From Propionibacterium freudenreichii subsp. freudenreichii (lineage in GTDB: Bacteria > Actinomycetota > Actinomycetes > Propionibacteriales > Propionibacteriaceae), in contig NZ_CP010341.1 in the NCBI RefSeq assembly GCF_000940845.1, forward strand, positions 420,001 through 452,000: a stretch of DNA of 32,000 nucleotides. Reading direction: 5' to 3'. Position numbers and translations under genes: made by a program. Below the pieces are notes generated by a model. That model was not told the DNA's origin and ran no database searches. It saw only the letters and a list, made by a program, of their open reading frames with translations. Position 1 is the first letter of the stretch. Each line of letters begins with the position of its first letter. Positions 8,471 to 15,660 of this stretch are shown in pieces.

Positions 8471-9745
8471 GTGACCACTACCGAGGTATCCACGCTCGCC
8501 CATCTCGTCGACCAGGCCGCCGAGGGCCTTGCCGGCGTCGCCAGAGTCACCCCGCTGCAATACAACGAACGCATTTCCTCGACCTCGGGCTGTCGCGTCT
8601 GGCTCAAGCGCGAAGACCTGCAACCGGTGCGCAGCTATAAGTTGCGCGGCGCCTACACCTTCATCAGCAAGCTGTCCGACGACGAGAAGCGCGCCGGCGT
8701 GATCTGTGCCTCCGCCGGCAACCACGGCCAAGGCGTGGCCTGGGCCTGCGCACGGCTGGGCATCACCGGCACCGTGCACGTGCCCTCCACCACCCCGCGC
8801 CAGAAGCGCGACCGCATCCGCTTCTTCGGCGGCGACCATGTGCGCCTCGTGGTGGGCGGCGACACCTACGACGACGCCGCCCGCGCCGCGCAGGTTGAGG
8901 CCGACCGCACCGGCGCCACCATGGTGCCCGCCTTCGACGACCCACTGATCGCGTCGGGTCAGGGCACCGTCGCCCGTGAACTGGTGGAGCAGCTCGGCCA
9001 TGCCCCCGACGTGCTCGTGGTGCCGGTCGGCGGGGGAGGCCTGCTGTCCGGCTGCGGCGCATGGATGCGCGAGAACCACCCCGAGACCCGCATCATCGCC
9101 GTGGAGCCAGCCGGTGCCGCCGGCCTGGCCGCCGCCATGGACGCCGGCCGCCCCGTTCGCCTGGACCACATCGACAGCTTCGTCGACGGCGCCGCCGTGG
9201 CACGCGTGGGCGACTTCACCTTCAAGATCGCCCGCCAACTCGCCCCCGACCTCATCGCGATCCCCGAGGGCCAGGTGTGCACCGAGATGCTGTCGATGTA
9301 CCAGGTGGACGGCATCATCGCCGAACCCGCCGGGGCGCTGGCCGCCTCCGCGCTGAGCGTGCACCCGATGGACACCACGCTGGGCATCGACCCCAGCCAG
9401 GAGATCGCCATCATCGTCAGCGGCGGCAACAACGACGTCTCGCGCTACGCCGAAGTGGTGGAACGCTCCGGCGTGCACGAGGGACGCCGCCGCTACTTCC
9501 TGGTCAACTTCCCCCAGGAGCCCGGCGCGCTGCGTCGCTTCCTCAACGAGGTGCTCGGCCCCGACGACGACATCATCGTCTTCGACTACACCAAGCACTC
9601 CAACCGCGACACCGGGCCGGCGCTGGTCGGCATCGAGCTCGGCGATCCCACGAGCTTTGCCGAGTTGTGGACGCGCATGGAGGAATCGCCGCTCAACGTC
9701 GAGGTGCTGGAGCCCGACACGGCGATCTACCGGATGCTGGTCTAG
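8471..9745 (+). CDS. ilvA: Threonine ammonia-lyase (threonine dehydratase), 424 aa
   Basis: GTG start. PLP-lysine region LQPVRSYKLRGAY, the SAGNHGQGVA motif, the GGGGL glycine loop, and a single C-terminal ACT-like regulatory domain. Confidence 0.9.
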   Translation: MTTTEVSTLAHLVDQAAEGLAGVARVTPLQYNERISSTSGCRVWLKREDLQPVRSYKLRGAYTFISKLSDDEKRAGVICASAGNHGQGVAWACARLGITGTVHVPSTTPRQKRDRIRFFGGDHVRLVVGGDTYDDAARAAQVEADRTGATMVPAFDDPLIASGQGTVARELVEQLGHAPDVLVVPVGGGGLLSGCGAWMRENHPETRIIAVEPAGAAGLAAAMDAGRPVRLDHIDSFVDGAAVARVGDFTFKIARQLAPDLIAIPEGQVCTEMLSMYQVDGIIAEPAGALAASALSVHPMDTTLGIDPSQEIAIIVSGGNNDVSRYAEVVERSGVHEGRRRYFLVNFPQEPGALRRFLNEVLGPDDDIIVFDYTKHSNRDTGPALVGIELGDPTSFAELWTRMEESPLNVEVLEPDTAIYRMLV

Positions 9746-9852
9746 GACGCCGCCCCGACTGGGCCGGTATGTGGAGCGCCTGTCGGGGGTCGGGCTGGGA
9801 GCTGCAAGCCCCTTGATTCGCGCGAGCCGAACCCACAAGGCCCCGAAGACAT

Positions 9853-9947
9853 GAAGGGGTCCTCCGCGCACCCGGAAGAGCTCACTTACCCTTGCTGCCT
9901 TCCGGCCCTGGGGGAATTGGGCGAGGTACCGCCGCGCGGAGGACCTT
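9853..9947 (-). ncRNA. ffs: Candidate signal recognition particle RNA (small bacterial 4.5S type)
   Basis: The minus-strand RNA AAGGUCCUCCGCGC...GCGCGGAGGACC folds as one long hairpin with a perfect 12-bp basal helix (9934-9945 pairs with 9858-9869). The apex is CCC-CAGG-GCC-GGAA-GGC-AGCA-A-GGG. This gives a GGAA tetraloop, a 3-bp helix and a CAGG/AGCA internal loop, as in E. coli 4.5S (CAGG-UCC-GGAA-GGA-AGCA). A possible promoter lies upstream: TAACAT -10 (plus 9954-9959) and TTGCGC -35 (plus 9979-9984) with a 19-nt spacer. The ends are approximate. Confidence 0.65.
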
Positions 9948-10029
9948 GCCGCCATGTTACCCGGGAGCACGCCCGGTCGCGCAAGCCGGAGCCCGTCCCC
10001 GAACCCGCCGCCGCAGCATCCACAGCCCT

Positions 10030-10058
10030 TGACAAGGGCGCCGGTGATGCCCTTGTCA
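10030..10058. repeat. Perfect 10-bp inverted repeat TGACAAGGGC-N9-GCCCTTGTCA
   Basis: Read directly from the sequence. The left arm carries TTGACA (10029-10034), but no usable -10 follows on either strand. Confidence 0.5.
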
Positions 10059-10162
10059 CATACCCGATGCAACGCCCGTCCGGCTCCCCGGCGCAGCGTG
10101 ACAACGCGGTTCGCGGTGGACCCCGGACGGGACGTGATGGCGATCCCGGCGTCGGAAAGTTA

Positions 10163-10185
10163 TTATTACAACTAACTTGTAATAA
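10163..10185. promoter_or_regulatory. AT-rich perfect palindrome TTATTACAA-CTAAC-TTGTAATAA; candidate operator/promoter of the DUF2249-nirK operon
   Basis: 9-bp perfect arms with a 5-bp spacer, inside the only strongly AT-rich patch of the region (GTTATTATTACAACTAACTTGTAATAAATAGG). It ends 34 nt before ATG 10219. Confidence 0.55.
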
Positions 10186-10218
10186 ATAGGCGGCTGGCCG
10201 CCGCGCGAAGGGAATCCC

Positions 10219-10506
10219 ATGACCGACCTGCCCATCACCCAGACCCACCACTGCACCTGCGCGGAGGGGGAAACCAACACTCCCGAGCTCGACGCCAGCG
10301 CCATCCCGCACGCGATTCGCCACGCCGCCATCCTCGGCGCGCTGCAGGGCCTGGGCCACAACGAATCGATGATCCTGGTGGCCCCGCACAATCCGCTGCC
10401 GCTGCTCGACCAGATCGACTCCATGTGGCCCGACGTCTTCAGCCTCGAATATGTGCAGGAAGGCCCCGACGCCTGGAAGATCCGCTTCACGCGCGTGGCC
10501 GCCTGA
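10219..10506 (+). CDS. DUF2249-family small protein, 95 aa
   Basis: GAAGGGA RBS. The sequence LDASAIPHAIRHAAILGALQGLGHNESMILVAPHNPLPLLDQI...LEYVQEGPDAWKIRFTR fits the DUF2249 pattern (H..RH..I...L..G......H.P.PL...GP..W) as I remember it. Confidence 0.7.
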   Translation: MTDLPITQTHHCTCAEGETNTPELDASAIPHAIRHAAILGALQGLGHNESMILVAPHNPLPLLDQIDSMWPDVFSLEYVQEGPDAWKIRFTRVAA

Positions 10507-10511
10507 GCACC

Positions 10512-11522
10512 GTGGACGGCCAGACCGGCCTCGTTCGTCGCGCCGCAGTCCTCGGCGTCGGTGCGACGGATGGGGCTTACCCCAGCGACCGCGGCGCCCC
10601 GCTTGATCCGCAGTGCCAACGGCTGATGGACGCCCTGCTCACCGCTCCGGGGCCGATGACGGTGGCCCAGCTGGGTGTCGACGCGGAGATGCGTCCCAAC
10701 ACGGTGCGCTTCCACCTGGCCCACCTGGGCGATGCCGGGCTGGTGAGCGGTGTTTCGGCGCGCACCACCACACGCGGACGCCCCGGCGTGCTCTATCGCG
10801 CCACCGCGAGGGCCTTCGACAGCGGCCCGCAGCATCCCCGGCTGCTCACCGAGGTGCTCATGCACCATTTCCTTGCCGACGCCGCGACGCCACCGCCATC
10901 GGTTGAGGACCCGCAGCGTCCCACCACGGTGTGGGAGCGGGCCCGCCGTGCCGGACGCGCCTGGTCGTCGCACGTCGAGACGCTGCCCGGCGGAAGTCCG
11001 GCGCACGGCGGCGCCGGACCGGAACACGTGACTGACGGCACTGCGCAGTTCGACGCCCTCCTCACCCAACTCGGTAACTGGGGACTCGCACCCAACCGCA
11101 TCCGTGACCCTGGCGTCCCGGATGGCTCAGCGGTTCCGGATGAGTCGGCGGCAGCCTCGACACACAGTCCAGTGGGATCGACAATCGGCCCCGGCCCTGT
11201 TTCGCCGGACCCTGCAGCCGCCCAGCGTGATCACCTCCCCGACCGTATACGCATTGGACTCAACCGGTGTCCCTTCGCCCACGAGGCCAGCGAGTGCCCC
11301 GACCTCGTCTGCGGCGTACATGCCGGCATCATCGACGGACTACTCGCCCAACTCGGCGGGTCATGGCGCGTCGCACGGCTCACGCCCCACGCCTCGGCCG
11401 GCCAATGCCTGCTGGACGCCGAACTCACCCACCCTGCACTCCAGGCCCCTCCGTGCCCGGCGGCCGCATACCCAGACTCCGTGCACCGGGCCGGCCGCGG
11501 CGGCACCACGCCCCGCGCGTAA
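10512..11522 (+). CDS. ArsR-like winged-helix transcriptional regulator with Cys-containing C-terminal domain
   Basis: wHTH region MTVAQLGVDAEMRPNTVRFHLAHLGDAGLVSGVSARTTTRGRPGVLYRAT. C-terminal motif RCPFAHEASECPDLVCGVHAGIIDGLL...AGQC. The start is uncertain: GTG 10512 lies 5 nt after the DUF2249 stop, and the track start 10425 overlaps that gene. Confidence 0.65.
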   Translation: MDGQTGLVRRAAVLGVGATDGAYPSDRGAPLDPQCQRLMDALLTAPGPMTVAQLGVDAEMRPNTVRFHLAHLGDAGLVSGVSARTTTRGRPGVLYRATARAFDSGPQHPRLLTEVLMHHFLADAATPPPSVEDPQRPTTVWERARRAGRAWSSHVETLPGGSPAHGGAGPEHVTDGTAQFDALLTQLGNWGLAPNRIRDPGVPDGSAVPDESAAASTHSPVGSTIGPGPVSPDPAAAQRDHLPDRIRIGLNRCPFAHEASECPDLVCGVHAGIIDGLLAQLGGSWRVARLTPHASAGQCLLDAELTHPALQAPPCPAAAYPDSVHRAGRGGTTPRA

Positions 11523-11596
11523 TCACCGGGGTGCGGCCCTTGCGTGGCGCCGCAGCGCCTACCCTGAGCATGACCCGCCTGCAAGAAAGCCACCCC

Positions 11597-12874
11597 ATGT
11601 CACAGCCCGTTGCCGTCCCGGAACAGGGCAGCGCCGACCCGCCGCTCAAACCCGCCAGCCAGACCCGACGCGTGATCGTGCTGCTCGTGCCGTGCGGAGT
11701 GGCCATGGTGATGGGTTTGGACGCCGCCCTGGTGCTGCTCGGCCTGCCGGCCCCGTTGAGTGGTGAGCGGTTCTCGTCGGCCCACGGCATCATCATGACC
11801 ATCGGCTTCTTGGAAGCTCTCGTCAGCCTGGAGAGCGCGGTGTCCCTGCGTCGCCTGTGGGCCTACTGCGCTCCGGCTGCCCTCGCCGTGGGTGCCCTCC
11901 TCGTGCTCACACCGCTTCCCCTCCAGGCCGGTCAGCTGCTCATGCTTGTCGGTTGCGCGCTGCTGATCGTCAACTATTCGGTGTTGTGGACGCGCAAGCA
12001 CGAGCCGATGGTGGCGGTGCAGGTGGGTGGGGCCCTCGCCGCGCTGGGTGCCGTGCTCCTGTGGACGGGTGGGGTGTCGATCCCCGACTTGTTCGCCTGG
12101 CTGGTCACCTTCCTGATGCTCACCATTGCCGCCGAACGCGTCGTCATCTCGCGGTTCAGTCCCTCGGTGCTGACGCCGGCCGGGGCGCGGCGCTATCAGC
12201 GCGGCATCGTGGTGATCAGTGCCCTGATCGTGTTTGCGTGTCCCCTCACCACCATCTGGTCGGGCCGGGTGCTTCCCGTGTTCGGGCTGGCGCTCATCGC
12301 CCTGACCGTGGTGGCCGCATGGGGCGATGGTGCCCGCAGCGACCTCAGGGTGCGCGCCCGCGCGACGGTTGCGGGGTCGGACGCTGCGTCGGATGCGGAC
12401 ACTGCGTCCGGTTCGGCCATCACGCCGAGCCAGCGCTTCACCGGCGTCATGGTCTTCATCAGCTACCTGTGGTTGATCGTCACCGGCCTGCTCCTGGTGC
12501 ATCCCACCTTGTCAGGGCTGCATTACGATGCCCTGCTGCACGCCGTGTTCCTTGGTTTCGTGATGACCATGGTGGTGGCCCATGTGCCCACCTACCTGCC
12601 GTTCCTGCTGGAGATCCGGTTCCGCTTCAACCCCGGATTCTGGGGCGTCGCGGTGCTGTTGAACGTCGGGCTGGTGGTTCGCATCGTCGCCGACCTGGCT
12701 GGCTCCGAGACCGGACGCACCCTCGGCGGGCTGGCCAATATCGCCGCCCTGCTGTCGCTGGTTGCCGTTGCCGTCTGGGCAGCCGTCGTCAAGGGCCCTG
12801 AGGACCCGCAGGCACCCGCCGGCGACACGCGGGCGATTTCGGACACATCCCCCACCAAGGACTCCCGGGCATGA
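11597..12874 (+). CDS. Polytopic integral membrane protein (possibly NnrS-like; function unassigned)
   Basis: About 10-12 hydrophobic segments, with conserved-looking His residues in the segments SSAHGIIMTIGF and LLHAVFLGFVMTMVVAH. Start is ATG 11597 or ATG 11570. The stop overlaps the nirK start (ATGA). The track start 11267 lies inside the regulator gene. Confidence 0.6.
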   Translation: MSQPVAVPEQGSADPPLKPASQTRRVIVLLVPCGVAMVMGLDAALVLLGLPAPLSGERFSSAHGIIMTIGFLEALVSLESAVSLRRLWAYCAPAALAVGALLVLTPLPLQAGQLLMLVGCALLIVNYSVLWTRKHEPMVAVQVGGALAALGAVLLWTGGVSIPDLFAWLVTFLMLTIAAERVVISRFSPSVLTPAGARRYQRGIVVISALIVFACPLTTIWSGRVLPVFGLALIALTVVAAWGDGARSDLRVRARATVAGSDAASDADTASGSAITPSQRFTGVMVFISYLWLIVTGLLLVHPTLSGLHYDALLHAVFLGFVMTMVVAHVPTYLPFLLEIRFRFNPGFWGVAVLLNVGLVVRIVADLAGSETGRTLGGLANIAALLSLVAVAVWAAVVKGPEDPQAPAGDTRAISDTSPTKDSRA

Positions 12875-15507
12875 ACATCGAAAGCCCCACCACACGGAGA
12901 CGCCCCCACGGCCTGGCCAGCCGCCGGGTCTGGTTCACGGCCGTCACGGTGCCGGTCTGCCTGTGGGCGCTCGTCGCGCTCGCGGCACTGATCGGCCAGC
13001 GCTGGCGCGCCGACCTGGGCTGGATCGGCCTGCATGCCGCCGCCCTGGGCGTGGCCACCAACGCCATCGTCACCTGGAGCGACTACTTCGTCGACGCCCT
13101 GATGCGTGGAGCCGCCTCGTCGAAGGCCCGCCAGATCGGCGTGCTGGCGGGGCTCAACGTCGGCACCCTGGCGCTCATCGGGGGCATCGAGGCCGCCCTG
13201 AATCCCCTTGTCACAGCGGGTGCGGCGCTCATTGTCGTGGCGATCGTCGTCCACTGCGCCAGCCTGTGGCGACGCAGCCGCGGGGCATTGACCACCCGGC
13301 TTGGCAGCACGGTCGTGGGCTACTACATCGCCTGTGCCGGCTGGTTCGTGGCGGCCGGTGTCTTCGGCTTCCTCATGACCACCGCCGGCGGGGGCCACCT
13401 CAACCGTTACCTGCTGGCCCACATCGCCTCTGCGGTGCTCGGCTGCCTCGGGCTGGCCGTCATCGGCACCCTCGTCACGCTGTGGCCCACCATCCTGCGC
13501 ACCCGCATGGTGCCCGGTGCACAGACCGATGCCCGACGGGCCCTTCCGCTGCTCAACATCGCCCTTGCGGTGGTCGTCATCGGCGGCGTGATCGGACGCG
13601 GCTGGCTCTCGGCGCTAGGCCTGCTCGGATACCTGGCGTGCCTGGGCTTCACCCTGGCCGCGATGATGCGCGCCGCCCGGGTGAAGCCACCGCGCAGCTT
13701 CGCTGCCCGCAGCGTGATCGCCGGTATGGCATGGCTGGTGGGCACGCTCGTCGTGGCCACGGTGATCGCGGCCATGGGGCCCGACACCGCCACGATCATG
13801 AACCGACTCACGGCGCTGGCCTGGCCACTGCTCGCCGGTTTCGCCGCCCAACTGATCGCCGGGTCAATGGCCTACCTGCTGCCGGTGGTGATCGGTGGCG
13901 GCCCCGCCATGGTGCGCCGGCGCAACCGGGTGATGGACCTGGCGTCCAACACCCGCCTCGTCGCGGCAAATGGCGCCGGACTAGGCCTTCTGCTCCCGCT
14001 TCCGGCTGCCGGTCGGGTGGCGATGATCGCCGTGGCGGCAGCATGCGTTGCCGCGTTCCTGGTGCTCGTGGTGGCCACCGCCGTCGTCCGTAGGCCGTTG
14101 CAGATGGCCGACGTGCCACCGGCGCGCACCCACGGCTTCGAGGCAATGCTCGGCGTCGGCGTCCTGGTGATCGCACTGGCCATCGCCACCGCGATCTCGC
14201 CAGCCACGATGGTCGGCAAGGGCACTGCGAGCGGCGCCGGTTCCTCCGGGGCGGTCGGCAACGGGCAGAGTCAGCACGTGTCGGTGGAGGCCCACGACAT
14301 GAAGTTCACGCCCAACACCATCGACGTGCCGGCCGGCACTCACCTGTTCATCGACGTGAAGAACACCGACACCGGCGGCATGGTGCACGACCTTGTGCTT
14401 GCCTCGGGAGCCACCTCGGGACGCCTGTCACCCGGCGCGTCCGGCACGCTCGACGCCGGCGTGATCAGTGCCAGCACCGACGCCTGGTGCTCCATCGCCG
14501 GCCACAAGCAAATGGGCATGACCATGAAGATCAACGCGAGCGGCGCCGCGCCAGCCGGCGGTGCAGCGGCGGTGGGTTCCCCGAGCGCGACCCACGCGAC
14601 GCCCGACCCGAACGCGCAGATGACCGCCGATCCCTGGGATGCCGCCCTGCAACCGGCCGGCCCCGAGACCGAGCACCGCATCACCCTGGACGTCACCGAG
14701 AAGGAAGTGGAGGTGGCACCGGGCGTCCGCCAGCTGCGGTGGGTCTACAACGGCCAGGCGCCCGGCCCGGTGCTGCGCGGGCACGTGGGCGACAAGTTCG
14801 CGGTCACGCTGATCAACCACGGCACGATGGGCCACAGCATCGACTTCCACGCCGGCGCGCTGGCCCCCGACGGCCCGATGCGCACCATCCAACCCGGCGA
14901 GCAGCTCACCTACATCCACACCGCCACCAAGTCGGGGGTGTGGATGTACCACTGCGCCACCGCACCCATGTCGTTGCACATCGCGAACGGCATGTTCGGC
15001 GCGGTGATCATCGACCCGCCCGGCCTCACGCAGGTGGACAAGGAATACCTCATCATCCAGTCCGACCACTGGTATGGCGCCCAGGGGGAGGGCAACGACG
15101 CCGCCCGCATCAGCGACGGCAATCCGGACGCCGTGGTGTTCAACGGGTACGCCAACCAGTACGACGCGCACCCGCTGCCCGCCACGGTCGGCAACCGGAT
15201 CCGCTTCTGGGTGCTCGACATCGGCCCCAACGAGCCGATCAGCTTCCACATGGTGGGTGGCCAGTTCGACACGGTCTGGGCCGAGGGCGCATTCCGCCTG
15301 GAGTGCGGATACCAGCCGGCCGCCGGCGTCGACCCGGCCTGCGGCACGCTGGGGCCCGGCGGCTCCCAGACGCTGTCGCTCGGCCCCGCCGAGGGCGGCT
15401 ACGTCGAGATGGTGGCGCCCGAGGCCGGCCACTACAAGTTCATCAACCACGTGATGAGCGACGCCGAGAAGGGCGCCCACGGCACGCTGGAGGTCTCCGC
15501 GGGCTGA
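12871..15507 (+). CDS. nirK: Copper-containing nitrite reductase (NirK) fused to an N-terminal polytopic membrane domain and a cupredoxin domain, 878 aa
   Basis: Residues 1 to about 450 are multiple TM helices. Nt 14275-14535 encode a type-1 Cu cupredoxin (MVHDLVL...WCSIAGHKQMGM). Nt 14671-15507 encode the NirK core: GHSIDFHAG (T1/T2 His plus catalytic Asp), WMYHCATAPMSLHIANGMFG (His-Cys...His...Met), FHMVGGQFDTVW, and FINHVM. Confidence 0.85.
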   Translation: MNIESPTTRRRPHGLASRRVWFTAVTVPVCLWALVALAALIGQRWRADLGWIGLHAAALGVATNAIVTWSDYFVDALMRGAASSKARQIGVLAGLNVGTLALIGGIEAALNPLVTAGAALIVVAIVVHCASLWRRSRGALTTRLGSTVVGYYIACAGWFVAAGVFGFLMTTAGGGHLNRYLLAHIASAVLGCLGLAVIGTLVTLWPTILRTRMVPGAQTDARRALPLLNIALAVVVIGGVIGRGWLSALGLLGYLACLGFTLAAMMRAARVKPPRSFAARSVIAGMAWLVGTLVVATVIAAMGPDTATIMNRLTALAWPLLAGFAAQLIAGSMAYLLPVVIGGGPAMVRRRNRVMDLASNTRLVAANGAGLGLLLPLPAAGRVAMIAVAAACVAAFLVLVVATAVVRRPLQMADVPPARTHGFEAMLGVGVLVIALAIATAISPATMVGKGTASGAGSSGAVGNGQSQHVSVEAHDMKFTPNTIDVPAGTHLFIDVKNTDTGGMVHDLVLASGATSGRLSPGASGTLDAGVISASTDAWCSIAGHKQMGMTMKINASGAAPAGGAAAVGSPSATHATPDPNAQMTADPWDAALQPAGPETEHRITLDVTEKEVEVAPGVRQLRWVYNGQAPGPVLRGHVGDKFAVTLINHGTMGHSIDFHAGALAPDGPMRTIQPGEQLTYIHTATKSGVWMYHCATAPMSLHIANGMFGAVIIDPPGLTQVDKEYLIIQSDHWYGAQGEGNDAARISDGNPDAVVFNGYANQYDAHPLPATVGNRIRFWVLDIGPNEPISFHMVGGQFDTVWAEGAFRLECGYQPAAGVDPACGTLGPGGSQTLSLGPAEGGYVEMVAPEAGHYKFINHVMSDAEKGAHGTLEVSAG

Positions 15508-15660
15508 CGCCCTCCCGGCCGAGACTCCAGAGCGACCCGAGTGCGGGTCTGAGGGAAAGTGACTGGCTCATGGTGTTGCCCGCACCCCGTGATGTCCGAC
15601 GATCGATGAATGCCACGCCCTGCACGGTGCAGCGCTGGCACCGACCAAAGGACATGCGCC

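Noticed and set aside
8384-10072. 562-aa minus-strand ORF
   Set aside because: It is antisense to ilvA and would also run through the ffs candidate. The translation is Gly/Ala/His/Asp-rich filler with no domain.
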